Shown here one piece after another: positions 48,732 through 62,670 of a DNA stretch of 64,000 nt. The position numbers were made by a program, and so were the translations under genes. Each line of letters opens with the position of its first letter. Positions within the stretch are counted from its first letter, which is position 1. The DNA comes from Octopus sinensis. Its lineage: Eukaryota. The stretch spans positions 9,672,001-9,736,000 of the forward strand of contig NC_043009.1 in the NCBI RefSeq assembly GCF_006345805.1. Direction: 5' to 3'. The notes under the pieces are model-generated. The model was given only the letters and a program-made list of their open reading frames with translations, was not told the origin of the DNA and did no database searches.

Positions 48732-49715
48732 AGGCGGCGAGCTGGCAGAAACGTTAGCGCGCCGGGCGAAATGCGTAGCTGTATTTCGTCTGCCGTTACG
48801 TTCTGAGTTCAAATTCCGCCGAGGTCGACTTTACCTTTCATCCTTTCGGGGTCGATTAAATAAGTACCAGATACGCACTGGGGTCGACATAATCAATTTA
48901 ATCCGTTTGTCTGTCCTTGTTTCTCCCCTCTGTGTTTAGCCCCTTGTGGGTAATAAAGAAATAGGTATTTCGTCTGCCTTTACGTTCTGAGTTCAAATTC
49001 CGTCGAGGTCGACTTTGCCTTTCATCCTTTCAGGGTCGATTAAATAATTACCAGTTACGCACTGGGGTCGATATAAGCGGCTTAATCCGTTTGTCTGTCC
49101 TTGTTTGTCCCCTTTGTGTTTAGCCCCTTGTGGGTAATAAAGAAATAGGTATTTCGTCTGCCTTTACGTTCTGAGTTCAAATTCCGTCGAGGTCGACTTT
49201 GCCTTTCATCCTTTCAGGGTCGATTAAATAATTACCAGTTACGCACTGGGGTCGATATAAGCGGCTTAATCCGTTTGTCTGTCCTTGTTTGTCCCCTTTG
49301 TGTTTAGCCCCTTGTGGGTAGTAAAGAAATAGGTATTTCGTCTGTCTTCATTTTCTGAGTTCAAATTTGTCTGAGGTCGACTTTGCCTTTCATCTTTTCG
49401 GGGCCGATAAATTAAGTACCAGTTATGCACTGGATCGATGTAGTCGACTTAATCCGTTTGTCTGTCCTTGTTTGTCCCCTCTGTGTTTAGTCCCTTGTGG
49501 GTAATAAAGAAATACGAAATGTTAGCACGCCGGGCGAAATGCTTAGTGGTATTTCGTTTGTCTTTACGTTCTGAGTTCAAATTCCGCGGAGGTCAACTTT
49601 GCCTTTCCTCCTTTCGGAGTCGATAAATTAAGTACCAGTAGCATACTGGGGTCGATCTAATCAAGTAGCACCATCCCCAAAATTTCGTGCCTTGTGCTTA
49701 GAGTAGAAAAGAATA
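48732..49715 (+). mobile_element. GGCGAGCTGGCAGAA-family SINE with four tandem 184-bp body units, plus a further copy
   Basis: GTATTTCGTCTG starts at 48781, 48965, 49149 and 49333. Confidence 0.9.
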
Positions 49716-50318
49716 TTAAACGTTGGGGGCTAACGCAGATTCGCACCTCTCCTGGAAAAATACATCTTTTAGAAGAAATTTTTTCCTGATTCCTACATTT
49801 TAGATGTCGGAGACAACGAATATGAAAAAAAAAAAAAAATAATAATTCCACCCCCATTCCCCCAGCTTAAAATTTTGAACTTTTTTCTAATTTTTTTTAA
49901 ACCACTTTTTCGAAATTTAAAATACCCACCTCAACTTCCCCTTCTTCCAAATTTTAAAATTTTAAAATTTCACCCAGCCTCTCCAGCAGACATGACCTAA
50001 AGTCCCCCCCCCCCCAAGCACCACCAAAGCAGACATTTCAGATTTTTTTTTCTTCAGCGAGTTCCGATGTTTTCGATGACGGAGATTCCGAATATGCAAG
50101 AAACCACGTTTTCAAAATTTAAAATTCAAAAAGCCTATAGATATGTGTATAGATATATAGATAGGTAGATAAATGCCAAGCAGCTGTGAAGGACAAACAT
50201 ACACATACACACACGCATACGTGCACATACCTATGTTTCTATATTCACAAATAACGGGCTTCTTTCAGTTCCTGTTTACCAAATCTACCGACACAGCTTT
50301 GGTTGGCCTGGGGCATTA

Positions 50319-50346
<28 letters not shown>

Positions 50347-50351
<5 letters not shown>

Positions 50352-50860
50352 TTGGCTAGCAGCAAGCTGTTTCGCCTCATACCGAAGGAATTAGAAATGG
50401 CAGTCAAAGACCGTTTTTTCCATTTCTATAAGTGGAGATTCCAAAAAACGAAGGCCCTTGCGGCTCACATACACAAAACCGGAGTGGCAAATATACGAAT
50501 TCAGTCACTTACCGTTAATAGCGAACACGGTGTTTCTGGATCACAAACATATAAAAAAAGGGGAGTTTGAATTCCGTCATCAGCGCTATATTCGATAGCT
50601 TTATCAAATGCCACCAGCCCTCACTTCTGACCCCGCGACATCAGATAGTGGGGGGAAGTGCGCAGATGTTAAAACCAAGTAACGACTGGGAACGTAAATT
50701 TTCCCTCCAAATTTCTGCCATGCGCGCCTTCTGGGTAATCGTAATGGAATGAGGAATCTCCACTTATAGAAATGGAAAAAACGGTCTTTGACTGCCATTT
50801 CTAATTCCTTCGGTATGAGGCGAAACAGCTTGCTGCTAGCCAACTTATTTTTCTTTACTA
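50347..50860 (+). mobile_element. Penelope-like 3' stub with an inverted terminal repeat
   Basis: About 96-bp perfect inverted arms (50347-50442 and 50753-50848) around sequence encoding LAAHIHK...SFIKCHQPSL, resembling a GIY-YIG C-terminus. Confidence 0.55.
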
Positions 50861-50976
50861 TATACTGAACCTTACAAAGGTCTTGACAATTATTTTGTCG
50901 TATTTACATACCGAAATTTACCGGTAAATAATTGTTGGTTACATGAAAAACCACAGGAAAATTATTTACCATTTTT

Positions 50977-51011
<35 letters not shown>

Positions 51012-51021
<10 letters not shown>

Positions 51022-51282
51022 CACGTGACCGACCAGACCATCAGATGTTGTTACACATCGCTGGTCACAATGCGTTCGCATTGTTTTAGCCTTCGAATGA
51101 CGCCACCCCGCTAGCTAAGCGAGCAGGCCAACAGCAGAAAGAGCGAGAGAAAGAGTGGTGAAGGAGTACAGCAGGGATCACCAGCCTCGTGGAGCTTTTA
51201 GGTGTTATCGCTCAATTCGAAACCGCGATCCTACGACCGCAAGTCCGCTGCCCTAACCACTAGGCCATTGTGCCTCCACACA
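51012..51282 (-). mobile_element. tRNA-derived SINE
   Basis: Minus-strand head GTGGAGGCACAATGGCCTAGTGGTTAGGGCAGCGGAC...GGTTTCGAATT. Confidence 0.8.
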
Positions 51283-51303
51283 CACACACATATATATATA
51301 TAT

Positions 51304-51812
<509 letters not shown>

Positions 51813-52529
51813 ATCTTTCTCTATCTCTCTCCCATTTATAAACAATAAAAGATCTTGAGTAAGTTGAGAAAGCAAAATATTTTGAAAGATCAATCATAAA
51901 TATCAGGCAGTGACAACGGAAAGGTCTGCTTCAAGACAGACAGCAAAGCACTAACATTTAAAAGGGACAGACGAACTTGCGAGCTGAATAAAAATTTAAA
52001 AAATATTGGAAACCAAAGTTTGAAGGGATAGAATGTGAGGATAGTAGAGTCACCATGGCTGGCATTTCTTAACGACGGACAGCAACGTAGTGGTAGTTTA
52101 ACGGCTGGCGTAAAATTTTGAACTTGTTGTAAAAGAAAATTCCTAAACACCAAGTTTTGAAGTGATTCTTTCTCACGACAGTAGACTCACCGTGGCAAGC
52201 ATTGAAAAGTTCTTCATCATGGACGGCAACACATTAACGACTTAAAGACTAGCGCAAATTTTTTAGCTTGATGTAACAGAGAATTCCTAAACACCCGCTC
52301 CTGTAAATTTTAATCGCCTTCCAGCCCCATTTAGACCCCTTTTCACATTTTGGTTAATATAACCCGATTTCATTCGGGTCTACTCGGGCCACATTTTATA
52401 AGATGAGGAATTTTGTCCTAGAGGTCACGCCTTTCATTTGAGGAAAAAAATAGTTGCCATGCAAACTCGCCAACACTTTTAACATAGGTGTGCATATTTT
52501 CAGCTCAACCGATCACATAATGCACACAT

Positions 52530-52583
<54 letters not shown>

Positions 52584-53338
52584 CATTATATATACAAATG
52601 ATATATATATATAAATTAAATTAGAGATAAAACCACTATTAGGCAAATTAAACAGTGAAAAACATAACCCAAAACATAAAAATAAAAATATAATGTACAA
52701 AATATATAAGATATAAAATTTAAAAATTTAAATTATTTAAATTTAAAATTAAAATTATTAATTTATATTTATAATTTAAAAAAAAATATATATAACTATC
52801 AAAAAGTATTAAAAAGTTTAATATACATAAATACAGATATATACACTTTGTATATATACATTATATATACATATTTATATATAGAACACACACACAAACA
52901 TATATAAATGAACGCAATAAATATCTGATTCATAATATTTGTTCTCGTGATTGTGTGGTGGTGGTGGCGATGATAAAACTCTCTATGAATGCAGACAGAC
53001 GTAGAGAGAGAGTGTGTGTGAAAGCGCTGTTAGACGCCGTTATCGTCGTTATATATAGAAAGTGATGGGAAGGGAGGAAAGATAGTGAGTGAGGGGGGAA
53101 GACAGATACTTAAAAGACTGAGAGTCGACTTGTCAAAGTGCGTTTTTGGCCCTAGCAACGACACCTTTTAAGATAGGGATTTATAACCTAGCCCACTAAC
53201 ATCCTCACCTCATTTGACATGTCCCTGTAAATTTTGGAGTCAATCCGACGGGATCCAGTGGCCTTTAAACCGTTCTGGACAAACAAACAAACAAACTTTT
53301 CGCATTTCAGTTTTATAAATAGAGAAGATATATATATA

Positions 53339-53390
<52 letters not shown>

Positions 53391-54485
53391 GCGGGGGGCA
53401 CTGTTGATTGAAAAGTCAACTTCGTTAATCGTTAATTCTTTGAAAATGTAACAGAAATTAAATTAACGTTAATCGGTTAACTTTTATTGGAAACAGACAT
53501 ATCTTTGTTGCCTCATAACTTCCAGAAAAACGGATACTTTTTTTATGAAACTGTCACCAAATAATCGCTTATATCCTGTAGATGGAGCTTATTCTATTAA
53601 TTATACTTGTATAAAACAAAATTATGAGTGACACATTTTTTCAAGATACCTAAGCATTTGGAATGGATTTTCTAAAACCCAACCTTAAATTTATTTTAAA
53701 AAATTTATGGTGTATTTAGATAACCCTTGTGAGATATTTAAAAACCACTTGTCAAGTCACTATATGTATATGTATGTAAGCATCCCACTACTTGTACGAC
53801 TTCTACACACACTTTCTCTATACTTCACTGGTCTCTGTCTTTCTCTCCTCTTCCCCCACTCTCTCACATTTCTCTGTCTTTCTCACTTTGCACCTCACTG
53901 ACCCTGCCTTTCTGTTGCCCCGTCAATCCTTGGCACGCTCTCTTTCTTCTCTCCTTAATTCCTTCTTTCTCTCTTCTTTGGTGCCTTTGTCCCTCCATTT
54001 TCCTCTCTCTTTGATTCCTTTGCCCCCTTTTTTTCTCTCTCTTCTCTTCTCACGTGACCACCGGTCAACTAGCCTTTCGACTTCTGAGTACCGCCACGAC
54101 AACATCGATTTCTTCGTCTGCCGTAAGGCATTATTTTCCAAATACGCAAGCTAAGCTAAGTTGAACTGTCTAAAGTCGAAAGACACCTGTTGTTTTTGTC
54201 CTGTTATTATTATTATTGTTTTTTGTATTTATATTCGTGTGGCATCGTCCGTTTTTCTGTCCTTGTTTCGTATACATTCGATCCTTTTTCCAAGAAATCT
54301 AATGCTCGTAGCTTAGTTTTTCCTTGGGGCTGGCCAGATCGGAGCGATCTCAAGATTAATCAGCCGAAATTGCGAGGATGATCCGGTTCTTGACTGAAGA
54401 TTAGAGACTTCGAATGACCCGTCCGTTTTTTTGTGTCGTCTATTTGAATGTTTTGCGTTCTTGTCCCATTTTGTATATTTTTTAT

Positions 54486-54525
<40 letters not shown>

Positions 54526-55800
54526 CAATAGTAAGGCAGTGAGCTGGCAGAGTTGCTCAGAGGCATTTCATTTGTTTTTATGTTCTGAGTTCAATTTCTG
54601 CCAAGGTCGACTTTGCCTTTCATCTCATCATGTTTTGACATAATAAATACCAGTTGAGCACTGGGGTCATCTGCCAAACCTGCTGACCTTGTGTCAAAAT
54701 TTGAAACCAATATATATATTAATAGTAACACACAGGAAACTGAGAATGGTTGCAGAGAATCAGTTTTGAAAACTGCAATACAGGCCTAAGTACAGTTGGA
54801 AGATGGACTTTAAGCATCAGAATATTTGTCTCTCTCCCTCTAGGTTATGAATTAAAATCTTGTCTGGGTCTGCTATATTTTACATTCCTAAAGGAATGAA
54901 GTTATTTGACTATGCTCTTTCAAAAGAAAAAGAATGTCTTTGTCTTTGCAAGAAATCAACATTTGAATAAACTTTACTCAAATTTTCAAGATTTCAAACC
55001 CTTTTTAAGCCATTGTATTTTAGGCCAATAGGCCAGGAAAATACATGTCTTGCTGCAGTTAATGTGGTTTGAAGGCATGTAAATATAATTGTTCTTACCT
55101 CGACTAGCAATACACAATATTTGTGTGTTGCTGACAAATTGATCAATTCTTCACCTGTGTTGTCACAACCCCTCTATTTCCATGACTTGCGCCTGTCACT
55201 GCTAGAATCCCCAGGAAAAAACAAAACGCAGGGAGAAACTTTTCTTCCTACTTGCTGATGTGACGTCATCTCCCATTGCTTCCTGTCTTCCTTCCACCAC
55301 ACGCCCCACTGATCTAAAGACCATTGCGCCCCTGTTCTGTCTTGTAATCATCCATCCAATCGGGGGGAGGGAGAATTCCTTTAGAGATCTCTGTAGAGTC
55401 TCAGGACCGCCTTCCCCCTACCCTTCGTCATCGGAAGAGCTAATCTCCCTTCAAATACCCAGGATGTGATGTAGCATGCCACCCACTGATACATTATTCA
55501 CAGTACTGATTGCGGTCACACTTCCTTTTTCCAGTTGTGTTGTGCACTGATTGTTCGGGGCTTCACTCACACTTCATCTCCAATCTGCTCAGATATAATC
55601 CCTTCACCCTCTTGCTGCTGTGGCACCACACTCAGGTGTCTCCATTTGTCCTGGAATATGGCCCTGTACAAGACTGACTCTTCGGCTTGTCCTACTCTGA
55701 GCAACATATTATACCAGAAGACTATCTCCACAGGGAAAATTCATCCCCTCTCAGCCATGGTTTTAATTGTACAGTGGTGCCATTCCACAATCCCGTTTCT

Positions 55801-56215
55801 TATTTCTTTATTGCCCACAAGGGGCTAAGCACGGAGTGGACAAACAAGGACAGACAAAGGTATTAAGTCGATTGCATTGACCCCAGTGCATAACTGGTAC
55901 TTAATTTATCGATCCCGAAAAGATGAAAGGCAAAGTCGACCTCGGCGGAATTTGAACTCAGAAAGTAGCGGCAGACGAAATACCTATTTCTTTACTACCC
56001 ACAAGGGGCTAAACACAGAGAGGACAAACAAGGACAGACAAAGAGATTAAGTCGATTATATCGACCCCAGTGCGTAACTTGTACTTATTTAATCGACCCA
56101 GAAAGGATGAAAGGTAAAGTCGACCTCGGCGGAATTTGAACTCAGAACGCAGCGGCGGACGAAATACCGCAAAGCATTTCGCCCGGCGTGCTAATGTTTC
56201 TGCCAGCTCGCCGCC
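55801..56215 (-). mobile_element. GGCGAGCTGGCAGAA-family SINE with two 184-bp body units, inserted in the integrase
   Basis: TSD ACAAT(C/T)CCGTTTCT on both sides; unit period 55801 to 55985. Confidence 0.9.
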
Positions 56216-56789
56216 ACAATTCCGTTTCTACCTGGGCTATATGCAGCAGCTCTGAAGAAGCATCTTGTGCTCCATCTTCCAAGCATCTCTCTCAGCTGCT
56301 CTACCATTTATCACTCTGAACCTGGTATTTCTTCTCCAGCTCTTGACCATTTTTGTGGTCACCAGGACAACCTATATCCATGCTTCTCTTACGCCCCACC
56401 TTAAACCTCATTACAGGTAACATTCGGTTGTGTGTCATATCAATCCATTCTTCCTCTACCCGAATGTTTCCTGGTTTATGTGTGTCCGGGACAGGATCGA
56501 TCGATTTGCATCTGCTGCAGTTCCCCACAATTTTCTGAACGCTCTCCCTGGTGACATCGGGGTCGACCGTTCTGGTCAAAAACATTGTCCTGTCAACTCC
56601 CATATGGTGCAGTCTCCTTAGTTCTGTGCCTCCCAGCCAACAAACTGCCGCCACCCCACCTGGAATATCCTCTACTGTAGATGAAGCACATGATATGCAT
56701 CAGGTACAGTGCAGTTATTTAGAGTTCAGTAATCACCACAAACTCCCCAATTGGTTGATGACTTCTTAGGAATGCAATGTCAAGGACAA

Positions 56790-59264
56790 GTTGCTGCCGG
56801 ACGAGTGGATGATTCCGAGATTGAGCATGTGCTGGAATTCTCACTTGATGGCCTTGAGACAATCTGGTGGTAACCCTCAAGGTCGTGCAGCAACAGGTGG
56901 ACCACAGGTCTTGATGGGGTGGGTGACTTCATGCTTGATAGGCTGACTATAGAATATTGGGCGAGCGACGTCCAGGTATTTTTTCAGGATAGCACTGGGA
57001 CGGGTTGCCATTGTTTGCAAAATGGTTGAGCTGACTATGGCCATACAAGCGGTTATACCATGCCCAGTGAGCTGAGTGGTGCTGTCGACAAGTCTTCTGT
57101 GCTTGATATCTACAAGAAGACAGAAATGAGGAAGGAAATCGGCTCCTAAAATAGGGTTCGGCAGTTTGGCGATGATGAATACCCACTGGAAGGCACGGCA
57201 TAGTCCTAAGATCAGTGTTAGGGACTGATTACCGTAGGTTGGAAATAGTGAATGGTTGACTATCTGAAGACAGACTGATGTCTCTTTTCTGTTGCCTGAA
57301 GTGCAAAAAACAGGAATTTTGCTGACTTCCGCGCCAGTATCAATAATGGAATACGTACCTGTTACACAACTGCAGACAAAAGCAGGGTGAGAGCCAGGAA
57401 TTTCTGTTGCATTAAATTCTTGGCTGTGTTATTTCCCGAACGGGATGATGAGAACGAGCATGGATTCGTGCATTTCTGCACCCGTGTTCCAAACTTATGG
57501 TGGTACCAACAAGTTTCCTATGAATTATGGGAAACTCTCGGGCCTCATGACAGCCTACCATATCGATGCAATCGGTTGTTACTTCGACGGGGGATACCAA
57601 ACGATAAGGCTTGTATCTGCTCTGCCAAGGCCTGTATCTGTGATGCCCACTGCACCACAAATGCATGCAAGTCAGAAATTTCCGAAGCACTGGACGACGA
57701 AAGGAAAGGATTGGTGAAAGGAATCGTTGCCTGGAATGCCATGTCAGCCGTGGATGAGTTCGCCGCTGGGTTGTGTTCCGGTGGAGCCATAATGTGACGA
57801 CTAATCGCAGCAATTTTCAAGTTCTGATTTAGTGATGTGAAGGCTATCATTCTTCGTCTGGGTCACCAAATGTAGTGAGCTGTGTAGCAAAAGGTGTTGT
57901 TGATGTAGCAGACGAAGATAAGAGTGTCGACAACATCAAAGTAAAACAATGAGGGGATCTTTTCAAATTTGTGGCCAGGACCCCAGATCTTTCTAGTTAA
58001 CTAAATAATTTGAAACTTTGTGTACTCATAGAGTGGAACTAGTTTATTCGCCAGTTGGAACTAGTTTATTTGAGAAAAATCTATTTTATGACTTTAATCG
58101 TAGATTAAAACTGCGAATTTTAACCAATGAGATTGCTTGTTTTCATATCTAAAAACGTTACTGCGATCTGTTAGTGTGACGTTGAAAGCAGTTTTGTGAC
58201 GTAGTTGAAGACGGCTTATAAGCACGTCTGCTATTTCTAAAAAGCTTTGTGTGTGGTAAAGTAATTTTTTTACTTTACCATATTTTTATAAATTATATTG
58301 GAGAATCCATTTTTATAACATATATCGGAGAATCCATGTGATTTTTCGTTGTTTTTCTCTTATACGTATGGGAATTATTTCTGAGTATGCATTGTCTGGG
58401 AGACTTTTTCTTGCAGTTGAGAAATTTTTGGCTGCTATTTCTAAAAAGCTCGGTGTGTGGTTAAGTAATTTTTTTACTTTACCATATTTTTATAAATTAA
58501 TATATATATATATATATATATAATTTTTTACTCGGTGTATGTGTATATGTATGTCTGCATGTGTGTGTGGATGTGTGTGTGTGTGTGTAAGTATGTGTAA
58601 AAAATTACATTGAATTGGCCATACATACATACATACATACACATACACAGATACATACACACATACATTCAGGCATATACACATACACCGAGTAAAAAAT
58701 TTCAGTTATCTCTCTCTTTCACACATTACTACTCTCTCTGTCTTCTTCACACACACTAACAGAAGCACTTCACTTACACAACATACTGTCTCCCACACCC
58801 CATCAAACACACACACACACACACATGTACATCAATGCTTCCCCTAGACGGTAACTTCAAAGACAACTTTTGTTATTAGAAGGTGGCTGACTATAGCTTG
58901 TTTACATTTAAGATGTTTAATACGTCACGAAATTGGTGGTCGAGACGGAGTAATAAAATAAAGCCGAATGACGGAATATCATTGGTTAAAATTCTAATTA
59001 TTAAACAACGTTAAACTTAGAAGTTACAATTCCGTTTTCATTCTGGTTTACAATTAAGTTTACTTTTGACACATTCTACCAGTATACGAAGTTTCAAATT
59101 GTTTGGTTCAGTAGGAAAAATTTGAAAAAACTGGCTTCAGAATAGAAAAGATCCCAATGAGGAAAGCGTCGGATTGTAGTTTAAATAATTTATTTAATCC
59201 ACACTTTTTATTTATGTATTTCACACAGAAGGTTTGATTCACAATATCAAGGAAGGCCGCTACA
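56790..59264 (-). mobile_element. Second Gypsy element: 5' LTR, PBS, gag, protease and start of RT (3'-truncated)
   Basis: LTR TGTAG...CTACA (59264 to 57871, split by a MITE); PBS TGGTGACCC; gag CWYHHKFG...KCTNPC; protease IIDTGAEVS and PILGADFL; then EFQHMLNLGII. Confidence 0.85.
57955..59154. mobile_element. GGATC-terminus TIR element with an 8-bp TSD
   Basis: GGATCTTTTC...GAAAAGATCC; TSD CAATGAGG at 57947-57954 and 59155-59162; related to 28056-28479. Confidence 0.85.
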
Positions 59265-60278
59265 TGAAGTTACAAACTGCTTCGAGTTGATGAAGCAAAA
59301 ATGAACAACAGGAGAAATATTGTGTCGATGTGTTTAGGTAGAATCGGACATTTTTTGTGCCTGTGTGTGCATTGGTCATTCGGTCATGTCTGTTTATGTT
59401 CTGCGACTGCTGCTGTGTTGTGTCGTTCATGCTGAATACTTGGCTCTCTGTTGGCTGCTTGACTGGCGCAAGCTGTCTGCTGTCTCTCGACTGTTTGCCA
59501 GTTGCTGGCTGTCTGCCTATTTGTCGTGTGTCTGATTGTATTTATAATGGTCATCCTAGATAGAAGAACAGACATACCATAGGAGTAATTTTTACCTATG
59601 TAGGTCGCCTGCTGTCCACTTGAACCTTCAATGACACAATTTAAGTCGGGGGTCAGATGGAAATCCATCCATCACTTTTTGACACGACAAAGAAATTTCT
59701 TTCGCGCCTGTTCGGCCAGTGGTAGATCAGACAAGCGAGAATCCTTAGATTCGGTTTCGAATCTCAGGTCGGGAAATGAAATGTTAGTTTTTACACTCAC
59801 CTTCTTTATCCAGGCCACCACAGCGCCTTCCCCGCTGAACGGGCTCAACACATCATTTCCGATTCTGATTTTCGTGGCCATTACAAACGAAGAACAAGAG
59901 CAACAAAAAATTATAAAATATCTACTTCCCGGACGTATCCTCACAGCTGGTAACAACATGCCGAAATAGCTCGTGGTTTGAAGGCATGTAAATAAAATTG
60001 CTCTCCCTCGACTTGCAACCGGGTACCGCAGGCAGATCGATCGATTCTTCACCCTCGTTGTCACGACCTCTCTATCTCCACGTCTCCAGGCCTCAGGGAA
60101 AAAACTAAAACGCAGGGAAACTTTTCTTCTCATTCGCTGACGCGACGTCATCTCTCGTCGCTTCCAATCTTCCTTCCACCACAGTTAATCCATATAACAC
60201 TGACACCGTCTAGAGATTCCGATTGAATGTTTAGTGTAGAGAAAAACCATTATCGTAAAATGAAATAAAGAGTAAATA

Positions 60279-60447
60279 GGCGCAGGAGTGGCTGTGTGGT
60301 AAGTAGCTTGCTAACCAACCACATGGTTCCGGGTTCAGTCCCACTGCGTCGCATCTTGGGCAAGTGTCTTCTGCTATAGCCCCGGGCCGACCAAAGCCTT
60401 GTGAGTGGATTTGGTAGACGGAAACTGAAAGAAGCCTGTCGTATATG

Positions 60448-60488
<41 letters not shown>

Positions 60489-60686
60489 TTGTCCCCCTAG
60501 CATTGCTTGACAACCGATGCTGGTGTGTTTACATCCCCGTCACTTAGCGGTTCGGCAAAAAGAGACCGATAGAATAAGTACTGGGCTTACAAAGAATAAG
60601 TCCCGGGGTCGATTTGCTCGACTAAAGGCGGTGCTCCAGCATGGCCGCAGTCAAATGACTGAAACAAGTAAAAGAGTAAAAGAGAG
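60279..60686 (+). mobile_element. GGAGTGGCTGTGTGGTAAG-family SINE, young full-length copy
   Basis: Matches the family sequence with CpGs retained. Confidence 0.9.
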
Positions 60687-60745
60687 TAGTAAAAGAAACT
60701 TTTATCAATTTACACATTTATGGAGAAAGGGCCAACGTATACAAG

Positions 60746-61933
60746 TGTAAGGAAAACGACCGTACGTAAGAAGTTGGTGACAAAGTTCTCCTTTTTAACG
60801 CCACACGGTCGCCCTAACAAAAGAAGCCAAAATACATAGTATAAAAGAATAAGTGCCAAAAGGAATAATGAGGACGACAACAGTTCTACTGTTTGAGAGA
60901 AAGGTAGACGTTATTTACAGATGTGTACAATAAGATAAAGTATGGGTGCTAGCAAAGTGGAGTGTCTGTGTGTTCGTGTGTGCGACAGAAGTACAAACAA
61001 GGTGTATGCAGAATACAAAATACAGAGCATAGGAAAAGAGTCTCTCAGGGTATTTTAGACAAGATGGAGTTAATTTACCCGTTCGTAGTAAGGTACACGA
61101 TAGTGATAGTTTTGTAACAGGATCTTGGGGTCACAAGGCAGAATGCCGGTTGAACACATGTCGTGTAGCGGTTGGAGCTTCGATGCTGTGTCAGGTCTCT
61201 TGATACAGGAATTCTTGCAGGTAATGCTGTGCTGTTTGCCTCGGTGAATATCACAACAGCGAGAAAGCTAAACCTGGGCGAGTGCTGTGTACGTATTGCT
61301 GAAGTCGACGGTGGTGATGGTGACGGAGATGGAAACGACGTCAAAGTTGAAGGACGACGATGGCGATGGCAGAGAAAGGCATCGTCGAAATGAAGGCGAC
61401 GTGGGTGGAGAACGTTTTGCGTTGCTGGGGTATGTTAGCGTCGTCATTGGCTGGAGATGGAACATGGCTGGCTGGTCTGGTCGTCTGTCGCTGGAACTGG
61501 AATTGGCTGAGTAGCCCTGTGGTCAGAGGTTAGTCCTGAAAAGGACTAGAACGAAAGACGGGTGTTGCTGGAACATGGTTGAGTCGCTCTGGTCAGTGAT
61601 GAGAACCAAAGACGGGGTTGCTGGAACATGGTTGAGTGCTGTGTGGTCAGTGGTGAGAACCAAAGACGAGAAATAGTGATGCTGGGGCCTTTTTATAACC
61701 TGCTAAAGGCTCCAATGAAACCCCAAAAAGACTGTGTCATAGGACCTTATCCGAAGGCCGTGATTGGTTTGCTTACACACTGGCGCGAAATAAGTCAAGA
61801 GACAAACTGCGCCAATGCCAACCAATCAGAGCAGCGGACACAACAGGGTTAAAATAGCCGAAGATGGTTGTTATCTAACACGAGATCATTTCTACTATAT
61901 CTCTCAAACAGTGAGGATATCAGCTACGCTACA
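60746..61933 (-). mobile_element. Solo LTR (about 1.19 kb)
   Basis: TGTA...TACA termini with 4-bp TSD CAAG (60742-60745 and 61934-61937); minus-strand TATAAAAAGG near 61690 and CCAAT boxes near 61765-61825. Confidence 0.75.
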
Positions 61934-62670
61934 CAAGCCAAGAGAATTATGCTTTCAAAAGTAAATTACTTGAAAATTAAAAGTTTTTCTATCTCACCTC
62001 TAGTATATTTATTTGTCCTTTATATTGCGTTTCATTTTAATTAGAGGTTTCCAGGAAACTTTGAGGGATTCATCACAACTAGTATTCAAAACTAAATCAC
62101 AGACACGACTGCATCGTTTTCTTAGATACATTAAAAAATAATAAGTAAATGAATTAAATTAAATAAACTTTAGAAAATTCTGTAATTGAACTTGTTTTCC
62201 GAAGCTATAAAATATTAAAACTTTCGCCCGACCGATGTTATAAGTTAATCATGTACTAAAGCTATGTTCGTTAGTGTTAGCCTTCCTTTGTGACGTATGA
62301 AGTTTATCGATTGAAAGAAGTTATTAGTATCTGGACCGTTTTTGTTTAGCTAGCACCCATAGCTGAAAAGTAGCCCAACCAACCAACCAACTAAGTATTT
62401 GGTTTGGTATAGAGAGAAATGATGATTTTATAGTTACATATTTACTGCAGAAAGCATCATAAAAGGAAAGTGTTTATACGGTGAGGAATATAAAAGAAAA
62501 AGCAACAATAATAGTCAAGGACTAATATTGATATTTTGATTCTTTCAGCAGCTTTTTCTTCAATTATTGTGGTAGAAGGGTGCATTCAAACCACACTTAT
62601 ATACTTGTTCTTGTTTTATGAATGTTGTTCGTTAAAAAAGCCATTTAAGGCGCCGAAAACTCATTCTGCA

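Larger units (their letters stand above)
55063..60183 (-). mobile_element. Decayed Gypsy LTR retrotransposon with both LTRs and nested insertions
   Basis: Related LTRs at 55063-55301 and 59972-60183; GTTAA on both flanks; purine-rich AGTGGGGCG before the 3' LTR; gag start PFSGEGAVVAWIKK; integrase HHMGVDRT...CSRCKSIDP and GIVEWHHCTIK...GDEVWVKP-like motifs. Confidence 0.8.

Noticed and set aside
62536-62670. N-terminal extension of the EB1-like ORF given in the ORF track
   Set aside because: It begins at TTG; EB1 homology starts just after the ATG at 62671.
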